The notes beneath the pieces are model-generated. The model was not told the DNA's origin. It worked only from the letters and a program-made list of their open reading frames with translations, and searched no databases. Positions 1 through 9,512 of a stretch of DNA of 64,000 bases are shown piece after piece. The number at the start of each line of letters is the position of its first letter. Position 1 is the stretch's first letter. The translations under genes were made by a program, and so were the position numbers. The DNA is from Comamonas sp. (GTDB lineage Bacteria; Pseudomonadota; Gammaproteobacteria; Burkholderiales; Burkholderiaceae_C): assembly GCA_036646255.1 (NCBI GenBank), contig JAVXMM010000006.1:16538-80537 (forward strand), given 5' to 3'.

Positions 1-1
1 C

Positions 2-91
2 CCGCTGAGCGACATCACGTGCTTGCTGAATCAAGGGGAGAAGATTCGTACGATCATTAAAGACGGCAAGGTTTGCAAGAGCCGGAACTAA
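2..91 (+). CDS. 3' end (partial) of a probable metal-dependent amidohydrolase
   Basis: Frame 2 reads PLSDITCLLNQGEKIRTIIKDGKVCKSRN*, resembling the 'GNPLxDI...IxKxG' C-terminus of prolidase-like amidohydrolases. Not in the ORF track because it is truncated by the window edge. Confidence 0.55.
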   Translation, partial: PLSDITCLLNQGEKIRTIIKDGKVCKSRN

Positions 92-150
92 TAGGTCATA
101 CGCCAATTCCTCATTGATTCGTTGATTAACTGCATATAAGGAAACTCACA

Positions 151-1371
151 ATGCAACGTAGAAATTTTGTCAAACTCACCGGTGTTGTCGCAGCTTTGCA
201 AGGTATTCCAAGTATTGGTTTTGCCCAGTCGGGTGAGACATTTCGTATCGGCTCGCTCACGCCCATGACGGGTGCTGGCAGCCCTTATGGTCCAGGCATG
301 CAGCAAGCGATTCGAATCGCAGTTGATGAGATTAACGCCGCTGGCGGTGCTGGCGGTCGGAAGCTTGAGCTGTTTACTGAAGACAGCCAGACCAAGCCAG
401 ACGCGGCAGTGCTGGCTGCCAAGAAGCTGATTGAAGTGAACAAGGTTCAGGCCGTGCTCGGTACATGGGCCTCGGGGGTTTCATTGGCTGTGCTACCGCT
501 TACTGACGCGGCAAACATCATTCAGATGAATGTCTCCGGGGCTCCTAGCATTTCCACGCTCGATGCCAAAGATCTGGTTTGGCGCTTTCAGGCGACGAAT
601 GATCGCTTTGGTATGGCATTTGCCGAGATCTGTAAGAAAAATGGCTTCAAACGCCCTGCCACCATGGCGTTCAACAATGCTTCGGGCTTAGGCAACGTTG
701 AAGGATTCACGCGGGTTTGGAAGCAGCGCGGCGGTAATGTTGTGGCGCATGTGACATATGAGCCAAACCGCCCAAGTTATCGCAGTGAACTGCAGAAGAT
801 TCTGGCGGCAAAGCCCGATGTGATCGTGATGGGCTCGTACTTGCCTGACACCACCATCATTCTGCGCGAGTGGTTCCAGTCTGGTGCGGAGACCAAGTGG
901 ATCATTCCTGGTTGGGCTGCAAATCCGGATCTTGTTAAGGCGCTTGGCGCAGAGGTTTGCGAGGGCATTATTTCGGTGGACACGGTGTCCAACGAGAAGA
1001 GTGCTTCTTACGCGCACTTTGATGCGGCCTACACCAAAGCAACGGGCAAGCCAGCATCGACCAACATCTACGCTGCGATGACCTACGACATGGTGATCTC
1101 GCTCGGCCTTGCAATGGAGCTGGCAGGCCCGGGGGCTAATGTCACGCAAATCAACTCGAAATTACGTGATATAGCGAATCCACCTGGTGTGGCAGTCGCC
1201 ACCTTTGGTGAGGGGAAGGCGCAAATTGCGAAAAAATCCAAGGTGAATTATGAAGGTGCTTCCGGCAAGTTGGACTTTGACAAGCACGGTGATGTGACGC
1301 CTGACTTTGGTGTTTACATCATCGAAAAGGGCCAGCTGGTGCGCCGCGATGTGGTGTCTATTTCGTCCTGA
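151..1371 (+). CDS. Liv/HAAT-family ABC transporter periplasmic binding protein
   Basis: 406 aa; RRNFVK Tat-like signal; 'AVDEINAAGG' and 'YEGASGKLDFDKHGD' motifs; SD AAGGA upstream. Confidence 0.9.
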   Translation: MQRRNFVKLTGVVAALQGIPSIGFAQSGETFRIGSLTPMTGAGSPYGPGMQQAIRIAVDEINAAGGAGGRKLELFTEDSQTKPDAAVLAAKKLIEVNKVQAVLGTWASGVSLAVLPLTDAANIIQMNVSGAPSISTLDAKDLVWRFQATNDRFGMAFAEICKKNGFKRPATMAFNNASGLGNVEGFTRVWKQRGGNVVAHVTYEPNRPSYRSELQKILAAKPDVIVMGSYLPDTTIILREWFQSGAETKWIIPGWAANPDLVKALGAEVCEGIISVDTVSNEKSASYAHFDAAYTKATGKPASTNIYAAMTYDMVISLGLAMELAGPGANVTQINSKLRDIANPPGVAVATFGEGKAQIAKKSKVNYEGASGKLDFDKHGDVTPDFGVYIIEKGQLVRRDVVSISS

Positions 1372-1453
1372 TTTTTCCCTGTGCTTCGTTAATGGCCCAG
1401 CGCATCCGGTGCGCTTAAGGGCTGCTTTCTTAGGCTATGAATGAAATGAGCCA

Positions 1454-2329
1454 ATGACCTGGATAGATATTGCAAACCTGATCATCAACGGTTTGATCGA
1501 AGGACTGGTGGTTGCTCTGCCTGCGCTTTCAATGACGCTTGTAATGGGCGTTAACCGTTTCCCCAATGCTGCGACAGGGGACTTTATGACTTTAGGCGCC
1601 TATGGAGCTGTGGTCTGTCAGTTGCTGCTAGGGTTGCCGCTGTGGCTGGCTGCCTTGACAAGTGCTGCGGTAACTGCGCTGGTCTCAATGGGTTCATACC
1701 AACTTATTTTTAGAAAGCTTGCAGGGCGACCGATGGTTTCTTCGATGCTTGCAGCCATCGGTCTTGGATTCTTGATTCGCAGCCTGATTTCGTTTTTCGC
1801 AGGACATGATCAACGCACTTTTGACATGCCGTTAATGCGGGCATGGAACTTCGCTGGCATCCGTGTGCTGCCTACCGACCTGGTAATTGCTGCCGTTGCC
1901 TTAGTGGTTTTGCTGGTTGTGTTTGTGCTGCTGTACCAGACAAGTTTTGGCCGCCAGTTGCGTGCCGTTGCAGACAGCGCAGATCTGGCGCGCGCAAGTG
2001 GTATTCGCGCAAAGGGGTTGATGCTGGCTTTGTGGCTGCTTGTTGGAGCGATCTCTTCCATCGGTGGCGTGCTGCTTGGTATGAAAGCGATTGTGATGCC
2101 TGAAATGGGTTGGGAGTTCTTAATTCCCGCATTCGCTGCGATGGTGCTGGGTGGTATTGGAAGCCCCATTGGCGCAGTGCTTGGCGCGCTGGTGCTGTGT
2201 GTGGCGCAGGAGCTCTCCGTGCCGCTGCTTGGACCATCGTACAAGCTCGTGTTGTCATTCGCTGTGTTGGCGGCGGTGCTTCTGTTTAGACCCGCGGGCA
2301 TTATGGGCCGCATTCAGTTGGTGAGGTAG
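1454..2329 (+). CDS. livH: Branched-chain amino acid ABC permease (LivH-like)
   Basis: 291 aa hydrophobic protein; 'FGRQLRAVADSADLARASGI' and 'AMVLGGIGS' motifs. Confidence 0.85.
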   Translation: MTWIDIANLIINGLIEGLVVALPALSMTLVMGVNRFPNAATGDFMTLGAYGAVVCQLLLGLPLWLAALTSAAVTALVSMGSYQLIFRKLAGRPMVSSMLAAIGLGFLIRSLISFFAGHDQRTFDMPLMRAWNFAGIRVLPTDLVIAAVALVVLLVVFVLLYQTSFGRQLRAVADSADLARASGIRAKGLMLALWLLVGAISSIGGVLLGMKAIVMPEMGWEFLIPAFAAMVLGGIGSPIGAVLGALVLCVAQELSVPLLGPSYKLVLSFAVLAAVLLFRPAGIMGRIQLVR

Positions 2330-2336
2330 GTGCACC

Positions 2337-3218
2337 ATGGTTGCTTATCTCTGTGCCATTGGCATTATTGCGTTGATTTACGCGGTGTTGGCCTTGGGTC
2401 TGAACTTGCAGTTTGGCCTCACGCGCTTGGTGAATTTTGGTATCGTGGCTTTTTTCGCGGTTGGCGCCTATACGTCGGGCTTGCTTTCGTTGCAAGGGGT
2501 TCCGTTGGTGGTGTGCTTTATTGCGGCGATGCTGGTTTCCGCGCTGCTGGCGCTACCCATAGGTATGCTGTCGCTCAGATTGCGTGATGACTATTTGGCC
2601 ATCGTCACACTGGGCTTTTCGGAAGCGGTGCGGATCACAATCCAGCAAGAAGAATGGCTGACTAAGGGCGTGCAAGGCTTGCCAGGTTTGCCCAAGTTGT
2701 TTGGTGGCCTTCTTTCGCCTTGGGGCGATGTAGCAATTTTCGTCACCTTGGTGCTGATTACAGGCTTGGTTGTTTGGGGTACGGTGCGCTTGGCGCGCAG
2801 CCCATTTGGGCGCTTGCTGCGCGCAATTGGTGACGACGAAGCCGCTCTTTCTGCCCTCGGAAAAGATCCTGCGTGGTTCAAGGTTCAAGTCTTTATGCTT
2901 GGCGCGGCATTGTTTGGCATGGCGGGCGCTTTCTATGCGCACTTCATTACATTTATCACGCCTGAGCAGTTCATTCCATTGATCACGTTCTACGTGTGGA
3001 TGGGCCTTGTGATGGGCGGCACAGGAAGTGTGCGCGGTGCGTTGTTTGGCACCTTTCTGTTGTTGGTGTTCCTTGAGGGCTCGCGCTTTGTGAAGGACTG
3101 GATACCGGGTGTTTCTGAAGTTGGTATGGCCAGCCTGCGTCTTGCTGCCGTTGGTTTGGCATTGATTTTAGTGACACTGTATCGACCCAATGGCATGTTT
3201 GGAGGCAAGTCGCAATGA
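2337..3218 (+). CDS. livM: Branched-chain amino acid ABC permease (LivM-like)
   Basis: 'LRLRDDYLAIVTLGF' and 'SPFGRLLRAI' motifs. Confidence 0.85.
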   Translation: MVAYLCAIGIIALIYAVLALGLNLQFGLTRLVNFGIVAFFAVGAYTSGLLSLQGVPLVVCFIAAMLVSALLALPIGMLSLRLRDDYLAIVTLGFSEAVRITIQQEEWLTKGVQGLPGLPKLFGGLLSPWGDVAIFVTLVLITGLVVWGTVRLARSPFGRLLRAIGDDEAALSALGKDPAWFKVQVFMLGAALFGMAGAFYAHFITFITPEQFIPLITFYVWMGLVMGGTGSVRGALFGTFLLLVFLEGSRFVKDWIPGVSEVGMASLRLAAVGLALILVTLYRPNGMFGGKSQ

Positions 3219-3973
3219 TGCTGACAGTTAAGGAAGTCACTCGGCAGTTTGGCGGGTTTAAAGCCGTAGACAAAGTGTCGCTTGCGCTTGCAGAAAAAGA
3301 GATCCTCGGGGTTGCGGGGACGAATGGTGCAGGCAAGAGCACGTTGTTTGCAGCTATTGCAGGGCAGCAGCCTGCAGATGAAGGATGCATTCATTTTGAA
3401 GGGCACGATATCACCAGGATGGCGCCGTACAAGCGTGCCAGGCTTGGGCTGGTACGCACTTTTCAGGTGCCACGTGAATTCAAGACGCTTACGGTGCATG
3501 AGAATTTATTGGTGTCTGCGCCGAACCCTCAAGGTGAGCGCTTGTTCAATGCGTTTGTTGGATCCGGTGGCCTGCGTGCGTATGAAGAGCAACTAGCCGA
3601 AAAGGCGGACCGCATTCTGAAGTTTCTGAATCTCGCGCGTGTGCAGGATGTAAAGGCAGGTGGGCTTTCAGGTGGGCAGAAAAAATTGGTTGAGTTGGGT
3701 CGTGTATTGATGCTCGATCCGCGTTGCATCCTGTTGGATGAACCATTTGCGGGTGTGAATCCCGTGCTGATCGAAGAAATCTGCGAGCGCGTGCGCGAAC
3801 TTAATGCCCAGGGTATCGCGTTTGTTGTGATCGAACACCATTTGCAGGCGCTCAAGAGTCTGTCCAACCGCATGATCGTGATGGATCGTGGCCGTATCTT
3901 GGCCGAGGGCGACCCGTATTCGGTGCTGGATGACCCGCGCGTGCAAGAAGCGTATATGGGAGGAGTTGTATGA
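3215..3973 (+). CDS. livG: ABC ATP-binding protein (LivG-like)
   Basis: Walker A GTNGAGKST, LSGGQ signature, LLDEP, C-terminal 'VQEAYMG'. Confidence 0.9.
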   Translation: MMLTVKEVTRQFGGFKAVDKVSLALAEKEILGVAGTNGAGKSTLFAAIAGQQPADEGCIHFEGHDITRMAPYKRARLGLVRTFQVPREFKTLTVHENLLVSAPNPQGERLFNAFVGSGGLRAYEEQLAEKADRILKFLNLARVQDVKAGGLSGGQKKLVELGRVLMLDPRCILLDEPFAGVNPVLIEEICERVRELNAQGIAFVVIEHHLQALKSLSNRMIVMDRGRILAEGDPYSVLDDPRVQEAYMGGVV

Positions 3974-4695
3974 ACGCGCAGGAAGTGCAAGAAGGCAATC
4001 TACTGGAGCTAAAGCAGCTGCGGGGTGGCTATTCGGAAGTGGACATCATTCATGGAATTGACCTGCGCGTGAAAGCTGGCGAGATCGTCACGATTGCTGG
4101 CACGAATGGCGCTGGTAAATCTACGCTGGTGAAAGCGTTGCTCGGTCTTTTACCGCGTGTGCAGGGCGAAATTGTGATGGGCGGCAAACTGATCACCAAG
4201 TTGACCGCCGAAGACCGTTTCGATGAGGGGCTCGCCTACGTGCCACAGGTGGCGAACGTGTTTCCGTCACTCACCATCAAAGAGAACTTGCTTGTGGTGC
4301 GCGGCGTTAAAAATCTCAAGCGCCGAATGGATGAGGTGTTAGTCGACTTTCCTGCGTTGGTTGAGCGTTTGTCTCAGCCTGCAAGCAATCTTTCTGGTGG
4401 CGAGCGTCAACAGCTAGCGTTCGCACGCGCGCTCATGCCTTCGCCGCGCATCATGGTGCTGGATGAGCCCACTGCAGCGTTAGCGCCATCGTTGGTTGGC
4501 AAAGTGTTTGAGATGGTGAAGAAGCTGCCGTCGCAAGGCGTTGCTGTGCTGATGGTCGAGCAACGTGCGCGCCAAGCCTTGCAGATCAGTCAACACGGCT
4601 ACATACTCGACCAAGGTAAAAGCGTGCTGAATGGCAACGCGCAGGAGTTGCTCAATGATGAGCGCATGACACAGCTTTATCTTGGAAGCCATTAG
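3970..4695 (+). CDS. livF: ABC ATP-binding protein (LivF-like)
   Basis: GTNGAGKST, LSGGERQ, LDEPT, VEQ, C-terminal YLG. Confidence 0.9.
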   Translation: MNAQEVQEGNLLELKQLRGGYSEVDIIHGIDLRVKAGEIVTIAGTNGAGKSTLVKALLGLLPRVQGEIVMGGKLITKLTAEDRFDEGLAYVPQVANVFPSLTIKENLLVVRGVKNLKRRMDEVLVDFPALVERLSQPASNLSGGERQQLAFARALMPSPRIMVLDEPTAALAPSLVGKVFEMVKKLPSQGVAVLMVEQRARQALQISQHGYILDQGKSVLNGNAQELLNDERMTQLYLGSH

Positions 4696-4736
4696 CAAAG
4701 GGCGATTGCGTGCGCCCCGTGCTTGTCATTTGTGCT

Positions 4737-5177
4737 CTAGCGTAAAACTAGCACTGGTACCTTGGCATGGGTCAGTACATGCTGGGTTTCGCTGCCCAGC
4801 AGCAGGCGCTTTAGGCCCTTGTAGCCGTGCGATGCCATCACGATCAGATCGCATTGCTCTTTCTCGGCAACTTGCAAAATGGATTCGGCGACTAAGTCGG
4901 ATTGTGCAACCAAGGCCTTTACGGGGACGCCTATGACCGCGCCTTCGGCCACGACCTTGTTGACTACGGCCTGGGCAGCATCCAACCAGCCTTTTTCTAT
5001 GCGGGCAGCTTCAGCCGGGTCGGCGCCGCTGCCTTCAAAATAATTGCGCGGGTAGATGGGCGAGACATTGACTGTAGTGACTTGGGCGCCGGCCATCTTG
5101 GCCAAGGCCAGTGCGTGTTGCACGGCTTTTTCAGACAGGTCAGATCCGTCGGTTGCGAGCAGGATATTTTTGTACAT
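4737..5177 (-). CDS. Universal stress protein (UspA family)
   Basis: 'ILLATDGS' N-terminus; 'DLIVMASHG...LLGSET..VL...PVLV' motifs. Confidence 0.93.
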   Translation of the reverse strand: MYKNILLATDGSDLSEKAVQHALALAKMAGAQVTTVNVSPIYPRNYFEGSGADPAEAARIEKGWLDAAQAVVNKVVAEGAVIGVPVKALVAQSDLVAESILQVAEKEQCDLIVMASHGYKGLKRLLLGSETQHVLTHAKVPVLVLR

Positions 5178-5282
5178 CAGTGGCTCCTTGGTAGTTAGCA
5201 GGCCTTGGCGACAAGGCCTGCTAACTACTTTAGAGCATACGCAAACCAGATGGTTTGCGCTGTATCAGCACAGCCGGTGCTG

Positions 5283-6005
5283 TTATGAGCTGCAATGCTG
5301 GCTGTTGACCATGCTTTGTAGCTTCTCCGTATCCAGAATACGCACATGGCGCTGCTTGACCTCGATCATGCCGTCGTCAGCAAATTTAGAGAAGGTGCGG
5401 CTCACGGTTTCGAGCTTGAGACCTAGATAGCTGCCGATTTCTTCGCGCGTCATGCGCAGCACCAGCTCGGACTGCGAGAAACCTCGTGCATGCAGGCGTT
5501 GCACCAAGTTCAGCAAGAAGGCGGCCAGGCGCTCTTCGGCACGCATGCTGCCCAGCAGCAGCATCACGCCATGCTCGCGCACGATCTCGCGGCTCATCAC
5601 CTTGTGTACGTGGTGCTGCAGCGCAGTCACTTCGCGTGATAACTCTTCGAGGTTGGAATAGGGCATGACGCAGACTTCGGCGTCTTCCAGCGCCACTGCA
5701 TCGCAGGAGTGACGGTCGTTGACGATGCCGTCGAGGCCAATGATCTCGCCCGCCATCTGAAAGCCGGTGACTTGGTCACGGCCGTCTTCAGTGGCGACAC
5801 AGGTTTTGAAAAAACCTGTGCGGATGGCATATAGCGAAGTGAATGTCTCGCCATTGCGAAATAGAGCCGCACCGCGCTTGACCTTGCGGCGCGTGGCCAC
5901 GATCTCGTCGATACGATTCATTTGCTCGCTAGACAGACCGACAGGCATGCAAAGCTCGCGCAGGTTGCAGTTGGAGCAGACCACTTTGATCGCGTTGGAT
6001 GTCAT
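5283..6005 (-). CDS. fnr: Fnr-type oxygen-sensing regulator
   Basis: N-terminal C-x2-C-x5-C cluster plus an internal Cys; HTH 'IGSYLGLKLETVSR'. Confidence 0.95.
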   Translation of the reverse strand: MTSNAIKVVCSNCNLRELCMPVGLSSEQMNRIDEIVATRRKVKRGAALFRNGETFTSLYAIRTGFFKTCVATEDGRDQVTGFQMAGEIIGLDGIVNDRHSCDAVALEDAEVCVMPYSNLEELSREVTALQHHVHKVMSREIVREHGVMLLLGSMRAEERLAAFLLNLVQRLHARGFSQSELVLRMTREEIGSYLGLKLETVSRTFSKFADDGMIEVKQRHVRILDTEKLQSMVNSQHCSS

Positions 6006-6090
6006 GAATCAATATCCGATTACAAAAGATCGTGTAGAGGCGGACGCCTCTGGAGTGCCTCCATTGTGGATGGAGGTCAAAAAATGCTTC

Positions 6091-6104
6091 TTGATGTATG
6101 TCAA
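6091..6104. promoter_or_regulatory. FNR box in the divergent fnr/hemN promoter
   Basis: TTGAT-GTAT-GTCAA, 9/10 match to TTGAT-N4-ATCAA. Confidence 0.85.
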
Positions 6105-6156
6105 GGACGGAGTGCGCGCCTTGCGGCACATTGGGGTTTCCGCATGGATTAAGAAC

Positions 6157-7539
6157 ATGATTGCCCTCACTCCTGACTTGCTGCGCCGTTTTGATGTTTC
6201 CGGCCCCCGTTACACCTCGTATCCTACCGCAGACCGATTTGTTGAAGCCTTTGGTGCGAATGCTTACAAGCAGGCCCTGGAGCAGCGGCGCACGGGTTTG
6301 GGGAGCCGCTTGGCGCCTTTATCACTTTATGTGCATATTCCTTTTTGCGAGTCGCTTTGCTATTACTGCGCCTGTAACAAGATCATCACCAAGCACCCAG
6401 AGCGCGCGGATGAATACCTGGACTACCTGGCGCGTGAGCTGGATCTACAGTTGGCGCACTGCAGCGGGCGGCAGTCGGTCAGCCAGTTGCATTTGGGCGG
6501 TGGCTCGCCCACGTTTTTGACAGATGAGGCGCTGACCCGATTAATGGATTTGCTCAAAAGCCGGTTTGCGCTGCAGCCGGGCGGGGAGTACTCGATTGAA
6601 GTCGACCCGCGTACTGTGACGCAAGTGCGACTGGAGCATCTCTACCAGCTGGGTTTTAATCGCCTGAGCTTTGGCGTGCAGGATTTTGATGCTGATGTGC
6701 AGCGCGCAGTGCACCGCGAGCAACCTGCTGATCAAGTGTTTGCGCTAGTGCAGCAGGCGCGGGCCATTGGATTTGAATCCATTAATGTGGACTTAATCTA
6801 CGGCTTGCCGCGGCAAACCCCGCTTAGCTTTGCTCGTACTCTGGAGCAGGTCTGCGCTCTACACCCTGATCGCATAGCCCTCTATGCTTACGCCCATTTA
6901 CCTGAGCGTTTTAAACCTCAGCGCCGCATCGTCGTGCAAGATCTGCCTAACCCGATGGACAAGCTCAGCATGCTGGCGCTGGCGCTGCAAGTCTTGCAGA
7001 ACGCAGGCTATGTGTATGTGGGTATGGACCATTTTGCGCTGCCCGATGATTCGCTGGCGGTGGCTAAGCGCCAGGGCAGGCTGCACCGCAACTTTCAGGG
7101 CTATAGCACCCAACCAGAATGTGATCTGATGGCGTTGGGGGTATCCGCCATTGGCAGGATCGGTGCGACTTACAGCCAAAATGCCAAGACACTGGAGGAG
7201 TACTACGACTTGATCGATCAGGGGCAAATCCCCGTGGTGCGCGGACTGGCGCTGACGCGTGACGACATGCTGCGCCGCGCCGTCATCATGAGCTTGATGT
7301 GCCAAGGCAACCTGGTTTTTGAATCGATCGAGCAGGCTTGGTTGGTGGATTTTGCCCACTACTTTGCGGCAGAGTTGGAGCAGTTGCAGTTGTTGGCCGA
7401 GCAAGGCTTGCTAGAGATCGCCGACGATGCTATTCGCGTGACCGAGCTGGGCTGGTACTTTGTGCGCGGCGTGGCCATGGTGTTTGACAAAAACCTGCAG
7501 GCGGACCGCACACGCGCACGCTTTTCTAAGATTATTTAG
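6157..7539 (+). CDS. hemN: Oxygen-independent coproporphyrinogen III oxidase
   Basis: GPRYTSYPT, radical-SAM CxxxCxxC, RNFQGY. Start trimmed to ATG 6157; the ORF-track extension overlaps fnr. Confidence 0.95.
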   Translation: MIALTPDLLRRFDVSGPRYTSYPTADRFVEAFGANAYKQALEQRRTGLGSRLAPLSLYVHIPFCESLCYYCACNKIITKHPERADEYLDYLARELDLQLAHCSGRQSVSQLHLGGGSPTFLTDEALTRLMDLLKSRFALQPGGEYSIEVDPRTVTQVRLEHLYQLGFNRLSFGVQDFDADVQRAVHREQPADQVFALVQQARAIGFESINVDLIYGLPRQTPLSFARTLEQVCALHPDRIALYAYAHLPERFKPQRRIVVQDLPNPMDKLSMLALALQVLQNAGYVYVGMDHFALPDDSLAVAKRQGRLHRNFQGYSTQPECDLMALGVSAIGRIGATYSQNAKTLEEYYDLIDQGQIPVVRGLALTRDDMLRRAVIMSLMCQGNLVFESIEQAWLVDFAHYFAAELEQLQLLAEQGLLEIADDAIRVTELGWYFVRGVAMVFDKNLQADRTRARFSKII

Positions 7540-7553
7540 GCACAAGGCAGCCT

Positions 7554-8375
7554 TTATAGCTGCCAAGCAGAAATGCTTTTGTAGAGCATATAGGTTGCCA
7601 AACACAGCAAGATGCAGCCAAAAATCTTTTTGAGCTGTGCTACCGGCAACTGATGCGCGGCCTTGGCACCCAGCGGAGCGGTCAGCACACTGCAAGCCGC
7701 CACGGCGATCAGGCCGGGTAGCCAGATATAGCCCAGAGAATGTGGTGGCAGGCCTTGTACATGCAGGCCTGCAGCCATAAAACCGATCACATTCGTCACC
7801 GCGATGGGAAAGCCCAGCGCGGCGCTGGTAGCCACGGCGTTGTGGATAGGTACATTGCACCAGGTCATAAATGGCACACTGATAAAAGCGCCACCCGCGC
7901 CTACCAGGCCTGACAAGCCGCCGATCACGCCGCCGGCTGCTAGCTGGCCTGTAGTACCCGGCATGGATCGCGAGGGCTTGGAGGCTTTTTTGCGGAACAT
8001 ATTGAGGGCGGAGTAGCCCACAAACAGGCCAAAGAACAGCCCGAGGTACACGCCTTTGAGTAGCGAGAAGATGCCTAGGCTCGCGATCAGGCCACCCAGC
8101 ACAATCCCGGGCGCCAACCGTTTGACAATCTCCCAGCGGACGGCGCCACGTTTGTGGTGGGCTCGCAGGCTGGAGATCGAAGTAAACATGATCGTTGCCA
8201 TGGAGGTGGCAATCGCCATTTTGATAGCCAGCTCGGGGGCCACGCCTTGTGTGCCCAAGATGTAGGTCATAAACGGAACCAGAACCATGCCGCCGCCAAT
8301 CCCTAGCAGCCCCGCTAAAAAACCGGTAAGCAATCCCAAGCAGGACAGTGGAATGAGGATGAGCGGATCGGTCAT
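7554..8375 (-). CDS. TauE/SafE-family (TSUP) exporter
   Basis: Two GxxGIGGG/GAGG repeats; 'AIATS' and 'AVATS' motifs; multiple TM segments. Confidence 0.88.
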   Translation of the reverse strand: MTDPLILIPLSCLGLLTGFLAGLLGIGGGMVLVPFMTYILGTQGVAPELAIKMAIATSMATIMFTSISSLRAHHKRGAVRWEIVKRLAPGIVLGGLIASLGIFSLLKGVYLGLFFGLFVGYSALNMFRKKASKPSRSMPGTTGQLAAGGVIGGLSGLVGAGGAFISVPFMTWCNVPIHNAVATSAALGFPIAVTNVIGFMAAGLHVQGLPPHSLGYIWLPGLIAVAACSVLTAPLGAKAAHQLPVAQLKKIFGCILLCLATYMLYKSISAWQL

Positions 8376-8444
8376 GGTGGCAGCTTTGGGGTTTCATCAA
8401 TCGCAGGAAAGCGAATGGTGGCTTGAAAACAAAGCAGGCGCAGT

Positions 8445-8520
8445 AAAAAGGCCACCTGAAACAGGTGGCCTGAAGCCCCGCTGAAGCGGGGAGGAGAAGC
8501 CGGGTTGAGGCAAATAGCTG
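8445..8520 (-). ncRNA. Candidate small RNA with CUCCUCC anti-SD motif, hairpin and intrinsic terminator
   Basis: Minus strand reads CTTCTCCTCCCCGCTTCAGCGGGG-CTTC-AGGCCACCTGTTTCAGGTGGCCTTTTT. The layout resembles the Betaproteobacteria toxic sRNA family. The 5' end is uncertain. Confidence 0.45.
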
Positions 8521-8545
8521 TACATCTGCCGCCGAAAAATAAGGT

Positions 8546-8718
8546 GTTCGCAGCGGATCCACCAGACCGGCATCCTGAACCGGGGGTTCAGGTGGGCAAG
8601 GGCAACCTACCGTTGGGTTCATCTGACGCGAGACGATCACGCTCAGTAGGTGATGTACCAAGCCCGTGCTCGTAGAGCATTGGTTCAAGGAACTATAAAG
8701 CCTGGCGGGGCTGCGAAC
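8546..8718 (-). ncRNA. ssrS: 6S RNA
   Basis: Lies downstream of zapA (typical synteny). Closing stem GTTCGCAGC/GCTGCGAAC; CCTTGAACC and CCTGAACC..GGTTCAGG motifs; TACAAT -10 at 8730-8725. Confidence 0.88.
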
Positions 8719-8781
8719 GGCTCCATTGTAATGGCTTGCGTCTGTTCCAAAATAAAAAGTAGCAATTCACTGCACTAAAAA

Positions 8782-8837
8782 CAGTCAAAAATAATAGCTG
8801 CTCACGCCTGTTGGGCGGGCGCTAGCAGTCTATTTTT
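8782..8837 (+). repeat. ~55-bp palindromic repeat copy (intergenic)
   Basis: ATAGCTGCTCACGCC..GGGCGCTAGCAGTCTATTTTT aligns with the other copies. Confidence 0.8.
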
Positions 8838-8881
8838 ATTAAAGTGCTTGCGCAGGGGCTCTAACTGGTGTTGGCTGCGGC

Positions 8882-9247
8882 TTAGATGGGGGTGGTAACG
8901 GCGTTTGCCACAGGGGCGGTGGCAGCATCCAAGCGCTGCATGATGGATTGCAGGCGGGGCTCTTCCCAATCCAGGCTGGCTTGTGTACTAGCGGCGGGTT
9001 GGCTGGCTGCGGCATCCGCGGCTAAGCTTTGCTCGGCGGTTTTGGCTTGCAGGTCAAGCAGGTCGAAGGCGACATTGAGCGCGGCCAACACAGCGATGCG
9101 CTCGCGCCCGCGGATCTTGCCTGAATCGCGGATGCCGGACATGGCCTCATCCACATGCTTGACAGCGGCCATCAGGCGCGCTTCCTGGCCTTCGGGGCAG
9201 CCCAGCATATAGCTTTGCTGCATGATGTGTACTTCTAGCTGCTTCAT
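8882..9247 (-). CDS. zapA: Cell division protein ZapA
   Basis: 'Y.L.CP.GQE..L..A...VD..M..IR....RERIAVLAALN' motif. Confidence 0.93.
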   Translation of the reverse strand: MKQLEVHIMQQSYMLGCPEGQEARLMAAVKHVDEAMSGIRDSGKIRGRERIAVLAALNVAFDLLDLQAKTAEQSLAADAAASQPAASTQASLDWEEPRLQSIMQRLDAATAPVANAVTTPI

Positions 9248-9462
9248 TCTTCGTCCTGGTCAAAAGTCTTGGGCAGGCGGTCAATCAGCGAATCCACGCG
9301 TGCGCGAGCTGCTGTCAGGCGCGATTGTAGAGAGTCGCGCTCCTGGGTCAGTGTGGTGACTTGATCGGTGAGTTCCAGGTGGGCGCGTTGCAGGGCTTCG
9401 TAGCGGGTCAGCAAGGCTTCCACCCGCTCGAGCATCAGGTCCAAAGAAGGCGTAGTGACCAT
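9244..9462 (-). CDS. ZapB-like coiled-coil protein
   Basis: 72 aa heptad-rich 'LTQERDSLQSRLTAARARVDSLIDRLP'; 4-bp overlap with zapA. Confidence 0.75.
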   Translation of the reverse strand: MVTTPSLDLMLERVEALLTRYEALQRAHLELTDQVTTLTQERDSLQSRLTAARARVDSLIDRLPKTFDQDEE

Positions 9463-9512
9463 AGAGAGACAGTTTTCCAATTGCGCAACAGTAAAGACGA
9501 TAAAATTGTACC

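Noticed and set aside
5767-6156. 130-aa N-terminal extension of HemN in the ORF track
   Set aside because: It overlaps fnr on the opposite strand and the FNR box. HemN homology begins at ATG 6157.
7411-8688. 425-aa minus-strand ORF
   Set aside because: It runs through 6S RNA and a terminator, then out of frame across tauE, with no recognisable motifs.
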